Assembly: GCF_964213995.1 (NCBI RefSeq)
Contig: NW_027590160.1
Location: forward strand, 806,001 to 870,000
Length of the DNA: 64,000 nt
Reading direction: 5' to 3'
DNA from: Mustelus asterias
Taxonomy: Eukaryota
Shown: in pieces, positions 12,072 through 24,800 of the stretch
How the letters are laid out: each line of letters starts with the position of its first letter
Numbering within the stretch: position 1 is the stretch's first letter
Program-made: the position numbers and the translations under genes
Notes under the pieces: model-generated
What the model was told of the DNA's origin: nothing
What the model saw: only the letters and a program-made list of their open reading frames with translations
Databases searched by the model: none

Positions 12072-14709
12072 TAACGGCTGCGGAAAGGCACTTCGAGGAG
12101 GATTTGCATACTGAGGTAATATGGGCTCAGGTTAGAAATAGGAAAGGAGCGGTCTCGTTGTTAGGAGTTTACTATAGGCCCCCAAATAGTAATAGAGATG
12201 TGGAGGAAGAAATTGCTAAGCAGATTATGGATATGTGTGGGGGTCACAGGGTAGTTGTCATGGGGGACTTTAACTTTCCAAATATTGATCGGATCCTTTG
12301 TCGGTCAAATAGTTCGGATGGGACAGTTTTTGTGCAGTGTGTGCAGGAGCGTTTCCTGACACAATATGTGGATAGGCCGACAAGAGGTGAGGCCACATTG
12401 GATTTGGTACTGGGAAATGAACCGGGCCAAGTGTTAGATTTGGTTGTGGGAGAGCACTTTGGAGATAGTGACCACAATTCGGTGTCTTTTGTTATTGCAA
12501 TGGAGAGGGATAGGGCCGTACGGCAGGGCAAGGTTTACAATTGGGGGAGAGGTAATTATGATGCGATTAGGCACGAATTAGGGGGCATAAGTTGGGAACA
12601 GAAACTGTCAGGGAAAGGAACTAATGAAAAGTGGAACTTTTTCAAGGAACAAATACTGGATGTCCTTGATAGGTATGTCCCTGTCAGGCAGGGAGGAAAT
12701 GGCCGAGTGAGGGAACCATGGTTCACGAAAGAGGTGGAATGTCTTGTGAAAAGGAAGAGGGAAGCTTATGTAGGGATGAGGAAACAAGGTTCAGATGGCT
12801 CGATTGAGGGTTACAAGTTAGCAAGGAATGAGCTGAAAAAGGGGCTTAGGAGAGCTAGGAGGGGACACGAGAAGTCCTTGGCGGGTCGGATCAAGGAAAA
12901 ACCCAAGGCTTTTTACTCTTATGTGAGGAATAAAAGAATGACCAGGGTGAGATTAGGGACGGTCAAGGACAGTAGTGGGAACTTGTGTATGGAGTCAGTA
13001 GGGATAGGCGAGGTGATGAATGAATACCTTCCTTCAGTGTTCACCAAGGAGAGGGGCCGTGCTTTTGAGGAAGAGAACGTGTTACAGGCTAATAGGCTGG
13101 AGGAAATAGATGTTCGGAGGGAGAATGTCCTGGCAGTTTTGAATAAACTGAAGGTCGATTAGTCCCCTGGGCCTGATCAAATGTATCCTAGGATTCTTTG
13201 GGAGGCAAGGGATGATATTGCAGAGGCTTTGGCTTTGATCTTTGGGGCCTCGCTGTCCACGGGGATGGTGCCAGAGGACTGGAAAATGGCGAATGTTGTT
13301 CCTCTGTTTAAGAAAGGGAATAGAAATGACCCTGGTAATTATAGACCGGCTAGTCTTACTTCGGTGGTTGGTAAATTGATGGAAAAGGTATTTAGGGATG
13401 GGATTTACGACCATTTAGAAAGATGCGGATTAATCCGGGATAGTCAGCACGGATTCGTGAAGGGCAAATCGTGCCTCACAAATTTGATTGAATTTTTTTG
13501 AGGAGGTAACTCAGTGTGTTGATGAAGGTAGGGCAGTTGATGTCATATACATGGATTTTAGTAAGGCGTTTGATAAGGTCCCCCATGGTCGGCTTATGAT
13601 GAAAGTGAGGAGGTGTGGGATAGAGGGAAAGTTGGACGATTGGATTGGTAACTGGCTGTCTGATCGAAGACAGAGGGTGGTGGTCGATGGAAAATTTTCG
13701 GATTGGAGGCAGGTTGCTAGCGGAGTGCCGCAGGGATCAGTGCTTGGTCCTCTGCTCTTTGTGATTTTTATTAATGACTTAGAGGAGGGGGCTGAAGGGT
13801 GGATGAGTAAATTTGCTGATGACACCAAGATTGGTGGAGTAGTGGATGAGGTGGAGGACTGTTGTAGGCTGCAAACAGACATAGATAGGATGCAAAGCTG
13901 GGCTGAAAAATGGCAAATGGAGTTTAACCCTGATAAATGTGAGGTGATTCATTTTGGTAGGACTAATTTAAATGTGGATTACAGGGTCAAAGGTAGGGTT
14001 CTGAAGACTGTGGAGGAACAGAGAGATCTTGGGGTCCATATCCACAGATCTCTAAAGGTTGCCACTCAAGTGGATAGAGTTGTGAAGAAGGCCGAGAGTG
14101 TGTTAGCTTATATTAACAGGGGGTTGGAGTTTAAGAGCTGTGGGGTTATGCTGCAATTGCACAGGACCTTGGTGAGACCACATTTGGAATATTGTGTGCA
14201 GTTCTGGTCACCTCACTATAAGAAGGATGTGGAAGCGCTGGAAAGAGTGCAGAGGAGATTTACCAGGATGCTGCCTGTTTTGGAGGGTAGGTCTTATGAG
14301 GAAAGGTTGAGGGAGCTACGGCTGTTCTCTCTGGAGCGGAGGAGGCTGAGGGGAGACTTAATAGAGGTTTATAAAGTGATGAAGGGGATAGATAGAGTGA
14401 ACGTTCAAATACTATTTCCTCGGGTGGATGGAGGTATTACAAGGGGGCATAACTATAGGTTTCGTGGTGGGAGATACAGGAAGGATATCAGAGGTAGGTT
14501 CTTTATGCAGAGAGTGGTTGGGGTGTGGAATGGACTGCCTGCAGTGATAGTGGAGTCAGACACTTTAGGAACATTTGAGCCGTTATTGGATAGGCACATG
14601 GAGCACACCAGGATGATAGGGAGTGGGATAGCTTGATCTTGGTTTCAGATAAAGCTCGGCACAACATCGTGGGCCGAAGGGCCTGTTCTGTGCTGTACTG
14701 TTCTATATG
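12072..14709 (+). mobile_element. 5'-truncated CR1/HER1 LINE: ORF2 (partial AP endonuclease plus RT), disrupted
   Basis: YYRPP, GDFNFP, DLVL, SDH endonuclease motifs; DFSKAFDKV, GVPQGSVLGP, FADD RT motifs; stop at 13160-13162; frameshift in T-run near 13495; 3' tail TGTACTGTTCTATATG. Confidence 0.95.
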
Positions 14710-15384
14710 AATAAGTCTGCAGACACCATTGCTGAGAAGACAGTTCAAGCACTTGGTTCGGTTTCCTGAATCTTCTTCCGTTTCTGGTTAAGATCAAAGA
14801 CAGGAGAGACCGAGCGAGATGAGGCAGAGTGGAGAGGTGATAATCCTGAGTAGACACTTCGGCAATTGAGTCCTTTGCACCAGGGGAGGAAGTGTCCAGA
14901 AATGGTCTGACAGAATTGTTCCCAATCAAGGAAGTTTGGAAATGGTTGAATAGAAACCCGGTTAGTCCATCTGGTCGCTGTTATTTCTAAGAATGTGAAC
15001 CACTGTGGAAAAAAATGATCGCTCTTTGGTAAATTGGCATTTTGATATTTGGTCGGCATTCTTCTTTGATGGTTAAGGAACTTTCGAAACTTCCATTCTT
15101 CCGAAATGAACAGTACAAAATTGCCACATGTGGAGTTGTGACCTTGTTCAGTTCATCTATTTATCCAAATGAACACGTACTGTGCGATCCAAGTAGGCGC
15201 GTCAGAAACTGTGATAAATGTTCTCAGATCAATCATAAACAGCAAATTTTGTGAAAAACACATCATATGCAGAAATAATATCAAAGTAATAAAACCTAAA
15301 ATGAACTGCTTTAATAATAATACAGCAATATCATGCAGCAATATTGGGGAACATATTGATAATTGCTGCTTCACAGACAAGATT

Positions 15385-15398
15385 CCACTAGATGGCGC
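15385..15398 (+). promoter_or_regulatory. CTCF-binding motif
   Basis: CCACTAGATGGCGC matches the vertebrate CTCF core CCASYAGRKGGCRS. Confidence 0.5.
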
Positions 15399-17065
15399 TC
15401 CATGGCATCTGTGACAAATCTTGCAGATCCATCAGTTCACGCTGTTACAGGTGACGGCTGGAGTTACAGGAAATATCTCTGTATCGCGACACCACCAAAA
15501 ACCACATTTTATTTAGGACAAGAGGCTCTATGTGATAATGGAAGCACCGACACAGAACGATGTCTTCTGGACCAGAAGCTTGGGGTTCCAATCCCACTTC
15601 AGAATCTTATAGCTACAGAAGGTGTAATCCTTTTCCGATTGCACATGTTGATGATCAGCTTGTTAACTCTTTCAATCTGCCTACTGACAAGTAGTAAGAG
15701 CTGGTGAATTTCCTGATTGGTAATACTGCAGGTGGTAATGCAACCTGTTGCGGTACTTTGTCAGGCAAAATCATTGACCAATGGAAAACTCTGGAAGATG
15801 TGGACAGCAGGCTTTCACATTGAAATTCTATTAATCAATGTACTCCAATGTTACTAGGTCGTATGAATAAGACGTTCAGGACAGTGCTACTAATCAACGT
15901 GATTCCTCAATGTAGCATAAAGAGAGCGAGAGAAACAGAGAGAGAGAAAGGGAAAGAGGTGTCCATTTGGTTACTGTTTGTGACAAGATCGAAGTAATCC
16001 GGAAATTCCTGGACTCCCCAATTCCTTTACTCCAGGGTCAGAGTGACATTACTTTCTGACAGATAATTAAACATTCCCACTGCCCTCTGCGTTAATGAAG
16101 TTTCTAACAAAAAAACAGCGACTGCACTGGGAATGGGCTTCCATCAGTTAGAAAGCATTTTGGGATATATGGAATCTGTAAAAGCCGCAATAAAAATAAA
16201 ATACTTCCTCTTTTCGAGTGAAATTTGATTCTCGAAGCTAAATTCGTTGTCCTCCTGTTTCTACGCATCCCAGTAGAGTTTATTTTTAATTTTATTGTTT
16301 TTATTTTACTATTTTTTCTAAGATTAGGTTAATGAGTGGTCACCACCTCCTGGAATTTCCAAGATTCCGTCTCCAGTCGGTTCAGAGACTCTTTCCGTTC
16401 CACAGGACACAGGAAGTCCGTCAGGAACAACACTCCGGAATCTTACCAAGGAGACAGTGCAGTGCTCAGGAAATGCTGCACCGTTAGAGCTGCCAGCCTC
16501 TCGGTGACCTGTTGAATCGAGGACACCGTCTTCCTTCTCAGGGGGACGTGATGCATCGCATGGCCATTGCTTCCAAGAAGAGCGGGAGAAATGTCCTGTT
16601 TATATCTGTTCATCAATCACAATCACTGAAACAGACAGAACACTGCAATATTACTGGATGAAATGATATGCTGTGTGTCCTAATTGTCTGCTGTCTTTTC
16701 CACCGTGACGGGGAAACACTTTGGGACATCAAACTCTATATGTATTCTGACGTAAATTCTTTAAACTGTCGCCATTTCGTTATTCTTGTCACATATTTAT
16801 TATTAATGAAAGCATATTCTAGAATTAAAAGTTTGAGAAATCACCACGATTTCAGTTTCCATTTCAGACTGTTGTAGGGAAAAATCCCTTGTACCAGTGC
16901 ATTCAAAGAAGTCGAGTCGCAAGGCAACGTTCAAAGTGTTTTTCTTTATTGTACAATTACTGGGAACCCAGGGAGAACCAACGTAACCAGCTCCGAAACA
17001 GTGGCTTGGCCACGTTGATCTCCCCCCTTTCACATCAGCTCTGGATCTTTATAGGGATCCAAATT

Positions 17066-18164
17066 CAAGAACAAAGAACAAAGAACAATACAGCACAGGA
17101 ACAGGCCCTTCGGCCCTCCAAGCCCGCGCCGCTCCCCGGTCCAGGATTGAATCCTGAATCCAGGATCCCCGCCCAATTTTCCAGCCTATCTACACACCAA
17201 TATCCTATCCACCGAGCTGTCCCCCACAGCTACGATGCTTTGTTCATTACAACCTATTAACTCACCCCCACCCCCCCATTCCAGACCATGTGATCTCCAG
17301 GGAGAGGCGAAAACCCAGAGTGAAAAACCCCAGGGCCAATATGGGGAAAAAAAAATCTGGGAAATTCCTCTCCGACCCCCTGAGGCGATCGAAACGAGTC
17401 CAGGAGATCACAATGGCCCTGATCGGAAAATGCTTCCCAACCCTAGTCATTTCCACTTCCACGAGAAACAAGGAACAATTAGCCCGCGCCGCTCCCTGGT
17501 CCAAACTGGACCACTCTTTTGTATCCCTCCATTCCCACTCCGTTCATATAGCTGTCTAGATAAGTCTTAAACGTTCCCAGTGTGTCCGCCTCCACCACCT
17601 TGCCCGGCAACACATTCCAGGCCCCCACGACCCTCTGTGTGAAATATGTCCTTCTGATATCTGTGTTAAACCTCCCCCCCTTCACCTTGAACCTATGACC
17701 CCTCGTGAACGTCACCACCGACCCGGGGAAAAGCTTCCCACCGTTCACCCTATCTATGCATTTCATAATTTTATACACCTCTATTAAGTCTCCCCTCATC
17801 CTCCGTCTTTCCAAGGAGAACAACCCCAGTTTCCCCAATCTCTCCTCATAACCAAGCCCCTCCATGCCAGGCAACATCCTGGTAAACCTCCTCTGTACTC
17901 TCTCCAAAGCCTCCACGTCCTTCTGGTAGTGTGGCGACCAGAACTGGACGCAGTATTCCAAATGCGGCCGAACCAACGTTCTATACATCTGCAACATCAG
18001 ACCCCAACTTTTATACTCTATGCCCCGTCCTATAAAGGCAAGCATGCCATATGCCTTCTTCACCACCTTCTCCACCTGTGACGTCACCTTCAAAGATCTG
18101 TGGACTTGCACACCCAGGTCCCTCTGCGTCTCTACACCCTTTATGGTTCTTCCATTTATCGTGT
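17066..18164 (-). mobile_element. Young 5'-truncated CR1 LINE with long composite 3' UTR
   Basis: Open RT C-terminus 17479-18111, (TTCTTTG)n tail, near-identical to 46960-48577. Confidence 0.95.
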
Positions 18165-18841
18165 GGGAATTCGAGCGGGAACATTTGATTATGCATTTTT
18201 ACAATATGTATAAAGTCGTCTGTCGGGTCAGAAAGTTCTCTGGGAGGCTTGTCAATTTGCATTTGTATGGTGTGTGTTTGTGTTAATGGACTACCTGTTC
18301 TTGCCCCGGTGTTTTAATGTGTTTCCCATTATCCCTTCTATGTGTCTCCTTATCTGAATTGACCTCATTGTTTTGTGTCTGTGTTCCCTGCTTGCAAGAT
18401 TAGGTGTTAATGTCATTTTGTCCTGCTGTGTGTAGGGAGATTTAATCTAATCTTTTATTCCTTTTACCCTAGTTTGTTAAGTTTCTTTGCCTGCCTTGGC
18501 CATTTTATTCCTGTAATATTTTATTGATAATCTGGTTATGCCATATAGCCCACTCTCGGTCTTGACTCGCAGATATCCCGATCTTCCTTGGCCAAAGGCC
18601 GGTTTAAAATGCAGCTTTGCGCTGTTGCTGGGCAGAATAAGGGTCTTTCGTTGGCTTTGAAATTTAAAGGTCTCTCAGCTGTGCAGAGGGGGTTTGAACG
18701 AATATCCATCCGGTGTTCCCCTCTGCATTGTAGGCACGTTATGAATGGTGCCAATATGGCTTTTGGAAAATTGCCTACTTCAAGACTCACTCTGATCACA
18801 ATATTTGCCGAACGCTCCGCTATTTTGAGTGAGGCTCTGAG

Positions 18842-18880
18842 AGTCTTCGTACAGGTTCAGCCCTGCTCTGTGTCTCTCTG
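18842..18880 (-). promoter_or_regulatory. Degenerate 23-RSS of TCR V pseudogene
   Basis: CAGAGAG - exactly 23 nt - ACGAAGACT; the heptamer has lost the essential CAC. Confidence 0.7.
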
Positions 18881-20118
18881 GGACGCAGTGCACAGTAATA
18901 CACCCCGGAGTCTGCCAGCTCCGTTTTAGGCACGTTCAGCGGGCCAGTGCGTGTTGTATCATTGAGCTCCAGTGAAAAACGGTCCCCTGGGGATCTCTGT
19001 CTGTCCTCGCTGAATCGATATCTCAACAGTAGATATTCCATGGAGCCGCTAGATTACTGACGGTCCAGAATAAGTAAGGAGTGTTGCTTGAAGTTGAATA
19101 ATTAGCGAACAACTGAACATCATCTCCTTCAGTGATTGTAACTGCAGCCGGTGCCTGTGAAACAGAATCTTCTCCACAATATTCTGTATGAACTCAAAGA
19201 AATATTAAACTAAATAAAGAGACTTCATTCTGTCCCCATGCCATCACCAACCCCCCCCCCCCCCCCCCCCCCCCCCCCACCCCTGAATTAGCCGTCAGCT
19301 TGAACAACAATCGCAGAGATAAATAACGCAGTTCAGCGGCTGGAGCGGGAGGTGCTTGCGGTGATTAAATAAAACTTCCATCATAAACATTCTATTTTTT
19401 CTAACGAGATCAGGTCCTCACCTTCAGTCATGGGCAGCACGGCGGCACAGTGGTCAGCACTGCTGCCTCACAGCGCCAGGGTCCCGGGTTCGATTCCCGG
19501 CTTGGGTCGCTATCTGTGTGGAATCTGCACGTTCTTCCCGTGTCTGCGTGGCTTTCCTCCGTGTGCTCCGGTTTCCTCCCACAGTCCAAAAGACGTGCTG
19601 GTTAGCTTGATTGGCTGTGCTAATTTGCTCATTATTGTCAGGGGGATTAGCCGGGTAAATATGTGAGGTTACGGGAATAGGGCTTGGGTGGGATTGTGGT
19701 CTGTGCAGATTTGATGGGCCAAATGGCCTCCTTCTGCACTGTAAGGATTCTATGATTCTATGATTCAGTCCCTATAACTGGAAACTGCTCACGGTCTGTG
19801 TGTTTGATGTTTGCCAAAGTCATTCACTGGTATCAGAGGAGCTTGAATCTCAGCCCAACTCATTCTCTCTCATTCCCAGGGGGAAATGAGCCGAATCCCA
19901 ACTGTGCAGCGTTGAGTCCAGCGAGACCCAGACAACATTTCGATGTTGGGACCAATCCATTCCCTGATCACCCACCCCTCCCCCTTGCATTGAGCGAACT
20001 GCTGACAGAATATAGTGAGTGGTTACGATGTGTAACACAGAGTTGAGCAACTTGCGCATTTATCGGTTAAAAGAGCTGCTGCTGCTGTGAGGAGTAAATA
20101 CAGAGTAACAGGAGATAT
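18881..20118 (-). pseudogene. TCR alpha/delta-type V pseudogene (leader 20064-20118, V exon 18881-19183)
   Basis: EDSVSQAPAAVTITEGDDVQLFANYSTSSNTPYLFW / (Y)RQ*SSGSMEYLLLRY...DRFSLEL...ELADSGVYYCALRP; first Cys lost, 1-nt frameshift, stop codon; leader ISPVTLYLLLTAAAALLT has ATA for ATG and AT for the GT donor. Confidence 0.88.
19432..19766 (+). mobile_element. HE1-type tRNA-derived SINE, full length, in the V pseudogene intron
   Basis: A box CAGTGG, B box GGTTCGATTCC, core GCACGTTCTTCCCGTGTCTGCGTGG, CR1-like tail (GATTCTAT)n. Confidence 0.9.
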
Positions 20119-20580
20119 GTTTGCACAGAGCTCGCGGCGGATTTGACCAGAGCTGATTGAAGCTGAAGTTGTTTTAGTCAAGAGTTGGCAAGATGACTCA
20201 CATCCAGGCCCATGTTGACCGTCATCAGATGACATTCAATCGGCTTCTAGTTCCTTTGTTCTTCAATGCAATGATCTCACAGCTCCTTTATCTGCAATTC
20301 ATCCTATTGGCGGAGAGATGAAAGAAACAAAGTGAATTTGGTCATCCAACGACAGAGGATTGCTTTCCTCTTCAGCTGTCACTTCAGCAACCGACTGATC
20401 CCCTGTGTCTTGATGGCTCTGTTCTGACATGGAGAATGACAATATCCATCCTTACAGCAACATGGCAAGCAGTTAGTTATTAATCATGTTTGGGATAGCA
20501 GCTATGGTGCGGGGGAGGATGATTGTTTTTAGTTCAAACATCTACTTCACCAGAAGTGATCGAGTAATGAATGGTCTGAG

Positions 20581-21089
20581 CAGTGGCGGATTAACCATTA
20601 GGCTGAGTAGGCTTAAGCCTAGGGGCCCGGAAGGGAGGGGGGCTCGAGAGCAAAAAAAATCACTAACTGTTCAGGTGAGCGTTCATTTTTCGGCACTGAA
20701 GAGGATCAAAATCTATTTGCGCTCAACAATGAGCGAAGAGAAACATAGTCATCTGGCACACATGCACATTGAATCAGACATGCTTCGATCTGTTGATTTA
20801 CATGCTGTTATCGACACTTTCGTAAACGAAAAAACACGGAAGTTTTTTAAAAGTACAAATGTAAAGAAAACGAAAAATAAATGAATAAAAGGGCTGTAAT
20901 TGATTCATATAACATTATGATATTATGTATGTAATACATTATACATAGTACAACGATGTAAGTTATCTAACGTCACTTAACGTCACTTTATTCTATTCAA
21001 CGAAGGGTGGGGTAGGGGACAGGGGGCAAGGTCAGGGGGCTTTACTAAAGCTCAGCCTACGGTTCCGGGTGGTAGTTAATCCGCCACTG
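20581..21089 (+). mobile_element. Non-autonomous hAT (Tip100-like) DNA transposon
   Basis: Perfect 15-bp TIR CAGTGGCGGATTAAC; 8-bp TSD GGTCTGAG at 20573-20580 and 21090-21097; internal GERSF/SALKRIKIYLRSTMSEE dimerisation-domain remnant. Confidence 0.92.
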
Positions 21090-21739
21090 GGTCTGAGATA
21101 TTTCCAAATGATGTTCCCTCAATTTGTAACTTTGCAGTATGTGAAATCCTTTTTTCGGAGTGGAAGTATAGCTTGCCACCCCATTGTACTGCTGATCCAA
21201 AAGATGCCAAAAAGGAAAAAGCAGCAAAGCTCAACATCGACAATAAAATCTCTAACAAAACAGCACAGGTGAGACTGATCAGAGTTAGAACGGCACAGGA
21301 AAGCTGTGGGCGGGAGCTAACATAGGCAATGTGGTCATAGGTAGGATTTATCTGCAAAGAGCTGAACTCAATAACAATGTCACTTGGGTAATTCTATAAC
21401 TTTGCCTCTCTTTAAGAGCGGCAGTCGAATGTTCATTCCATACTGCGGACCAACGGATTCGCACCAGGAGTGTCAGGATTAGTAAATGATTCAAGACAAA
21501 GCGAAATCTTCATCAGCGATATGGATGGAAAGCTGGACCGCCGAGCAGCCAGATTGGAGAGGTTTGAATGAATCTACAATGTAACAGAAGAAGCATTAAA
21601 TGTTTACGTTAAAGACTAGGAAATGGAAATGGGCATAGTTGTCATAAATCAGTAAAGGATCAGTCAGGAACACAGAGGCAGAGAAAGGCGTGGAAAACCA
21701 CTTAATGTATCTCAGATCGATTGATCAATCTTATATCAA

Positions 21740-21895
21740 TTAGGTTGATTGGCCATGCTGAATTAACCCGAGTGGAAGGGGGATTATCAAGGTAAACTTG
21801 TGGGGTTACGGGAACAGGGCCTGGTTTGGATTGTGGTCGGCGCAGACTCGATGGGTCGATTGGTCTCCGTCTGCACTGTAGGAATTCTATGAGTC
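21740..21895 (+). mobile_element. HE1 SINE 3' fragment
   Basis: TTAGGTTGATTGGCCATGCT...CTGCACTGTAGGAATTCTATGA. Confidence 0.75.
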
Positions 21896-22163
21896 TACAA
21901 CCATAAGTTACGTGCATCAATTAATGTAACTGTGCAACTGGACACACCAGTTACTGTTTTTGTGATAAGAGATATGGATTCATTTAACCTGCACTTCCAT
22001 CGGAGAAAGGAAATAACAAAGACACCACAGCAATGCTGCGGGATCAACGGAACCAAAGAGACTTGCATAGAATTGAAAACTGTGCGGTCATGCTGCAGTT
22101 CTGAATCAGGTTTTGAAGAACTACAATTGTGGTCATTGAAACCCTATCTTAGAATATCTTTCA

Positions 22164-22243
22164 GTCTCTCTAACGCAATTGGTCAGCGCGTTCGGCTATT
22201 AACCGAAAGGCTGGTGGTTCAAGACCACCACCACCCAGAAACA
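22164..22243 (+). pseudogene. tRNA-Asn pseudogene (anticodon mutated to ATT)
   Basis: GTCTCT..CGCAATTGGTCAGCGCGTTCGGCTATTAACCGAAAGG.TGGTGGTTCAAG; extra CCA units and broken acceptor stem. Confidence 0.8.
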
Positions 22244-23250
22244 GAGCTTTTACTGTTTTCTCACCATCAGCATTCATTTGCAAACAGCTGCCGGTTGGCA
22301 ATGGGCCTGTGGGCGTCAATAAAAAATAGCTCTCAAGTGTTTCCGGCTGTACTGTTATGTTATGTTATTTAATGACTATTGATTTCAAACATATTACATG
22401 TTACATTATATACAGGCTTCAATTATACCATTAAACTTAACAATTACAATCGAAAAATGAATTTGTGGCTGAGCATTTGTTCCAATTCCATATCCCTGCT
22501 TCCATTCATTCCTGGAAAGATCTTAAATCTCTTTAACCCAGACTGAAATGTATTCAATGACGGAGCATCGACAATCCTCGTGCGTAGACAATTCCGAAAA
22601 TTCACGACCCTTTGAGTGAAGAAATGTTTCCCATCTCAGTCCTGAGTCATCAGCGCCTCATCCTGAGATTTTGCCCTCGGTCAGGGAATGTCCATTTCTT
22701 GCTACAGAAAAATCCTGCGTTACTTCCAGGTCTGCACCAGTTCTGTCGGAATCAGTACAAGGTAGATTTCCTCTTTTGTGTCTGAGTTGGAAATGTCACA
22801 TGTCAAGAACAAAAAAGAAGAGAGCAATAGGTTACAAAGTGCTGAAGATATAGATGGTGACGCGGGGTAAAATGTGGCTGTTGATGGAGTAGATTTTATT
22901 GTTTCCACTGTATCCAAATCTCGAGTTCATTGACAAGAAAACGTTTAATTGAATTTAACAGTAAACTCTCCGACCTCCAGTGAAATGGAGGCAGCTTTCA
23001 CTGAGAAAACAGTAACTGTGAGATTAACAAAGCGGGATGGAGAAGGACTCAGTTTGAGCGGTGACGCTGCCGGAGGAATGGAGAGCTGGAGTTCACCCAG
23101 AAAAGCAGCAAAGTTTAAAACCGATGGCGCCCAACTTGGGGCTGGAACCCACGGTCCATTATCGGTGATGAGTTAATGTTGTTCAGCAGAATTACCACAA
23201 GATGGTTTATCACAGGTTGGTACTTACACTGCAGTAAAATTAAATGCAGT

Positions 23251-23552
23251 CGGTGACACAGTGGTGAGCAATGATGCCTCACAGTTCCAGTGACTCGGGT
23301 TAAATTTCTCGGGTCACTGTCTGTGCGGAGTTTGCACGTTCTCCCCGCGTCTGCGTGGGTTTCCTCCGTGTGCTCCGGATTCCTTTCCAAAGATGTGTGA
23401 GTTAGGTTGCTTGGCCATGCTAAATTGACCCGCCTGTCAGCGGGATTATCAGGCTAAATATGTGTGTTTCCGGGAATAGGGGTTGGGGTATTGCTGTCGG
23501 TGCGGACTCGATGGGCTGACCGGCCTCCTTCTGTCCAATAGGAATTCTACAG
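23251..23552 (+). mobile_element. HE1 SINE, diverged
   Basis: TTTGCACGTTCTCCCCGCGTCTGCGTGGGTTTCCTCCG core and tail. Confidence 0.85.
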
Positions 23553-23755
23553 AATATACCATTATCCATTTTGACTGGAGGAACCAAAAGAGGCAATGCA
23601 AATACAAATTGCTGTGTGTAATTGACGGGCTTGTGGAATGGGACGGATTTTTCTCTGTGCTGTTGAAACTGGCACCAATATCACTCCTGTTTTCGGTCAG
23701 GAAGTAATTCCAACTCCACTTAAATCATGTGCTGCAAGAAAACAATAAATCTTAA

Positions 23756-23822
23756 TTCCCTGACCAGAAATCGAACCGCTGCGGTGAAAGCGCCAAATCC
23801 TCACCACTCGAGCACCAAGGAA
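23756..23822 (-). pseudogene. tRNA-Glu(TTC) pseudogene
   Basis: Paralog of 30748-30819 with an internal deletion and stem mismatches. Confidence 0.8.
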
Positions 23823-23944
23823 ACAGCTTACAAGTATTTTAATCTACCCTATCCATGCTGACTTGCCGCTTTGTTTCGATTTCAGCATTTTTTTTTGTAT
23901 ACCAGGGACAAGTCTGTCTGACAAGTGCCTCTTGATAAAAACAA

Positions 23945-24527
23945 ATTGACTGCGGATGCTGGAATCTAAAACAAGAGCAGAAAATGCTGGAAAATCTCAG
24001 CAGGTCTGAAATCACCTGTGAAGGGAGAATAGAGCCCAGGTTCAAAGTCTGGATGACCCTTCGTCAGAGCTGAAGACAAAGAAATTTGGACGAGCTTTAC
24101 ACTGTAATGGTGAGGGATATAAGACAAAGGTGTCACATATAAATTAAGAAAAAGGGAATTTTAATGGCATTAATCATGGCTGAGAAGGGTGCTGCTGGCC
24201 GCCCATTAAGAGACCAGAATGTGTAAATGGCAGAACAAAGGAAATGTAAGAGACGGCTCGAGTGGGGTGGAGGGAGAGGGAGCAACAAAATGGAAAGTGA
24301 GATTTTAAATAAACAATGCAAAACATGGAAATTAAAAGGAAAAAATATATATAAAAGAAGATATAAAATGATAAAAATAAATAAACAAGATAAAATGCAA
24401 TAAAACAAAATAAATTGAAATGGGGTGAAGGTGGAGGAGAGGAGATGCTCTGAAGTTGTTGAACTCAATGAGAACGCAGTAAGTGCCGAATAGGGAGATC
24501 GGGCGATGTTCCTCCAGTTTGCATTTA
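23945..24527 (-). mobile_element. Penelope-like element 3' end (GIY-YIG tail, T-rich spacer, terminal repeat)
   Basis: KLEEHR...IEFNNFR remnant at about 24450-24525; CTGACGAAGGGTCATCCAGAC hammerhead-like remnant near 24045-24067. Confidence 0.7.
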
Positions 24528-24800
24528 AATGCCTCCTGATACCATTGTTCATTGCTCTTTCCGTCACATTACTGATGATCAAGAGTAGACTGGTGGTAAT
24601 TGGGGGCGTTGGATCTGACCTGATTTTTGTAAATCGGGCAATCTTGGGCAGGTTGTAGCATTGGTGGGTGATGCCAGTGTTGTAGTGGAGGAGCAGCTTA
24701 GCTAAAGCTGCAGCAAATTCTGAAGTGCAATTCTTTAGCACCATTGCCAGAGTATTTTTCAAGGCCGTAGTATTTGCTCTTTCCAATGCCTTCAAGATTT
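24528..24800 (-). mobile_element. Old CR1-clade LINE RT N-terminal fragment
   Basis: KALERANTTALKNTLAMVLKNCTSEFAAALAKL resembles the K.A.GPD.IP..VLK.CA.ELA.PL.KLF segment of non-LTR RTs. Confidence 0.6.

Noticed and set aside
12032-14636. Possible active LINE or domesticated RT gene
   Set aside because: 5'-truncated with an in-frame stop and a frameshift
19770-19870. Plus-strand C-x13-WYQR pattern (NCSRSVCLMFAKVIHWYQR) suggesting another V
   Set aside because: No FR3, YYC, RSS or acceptor; it lies in the V pseudogene intron and is probably chance
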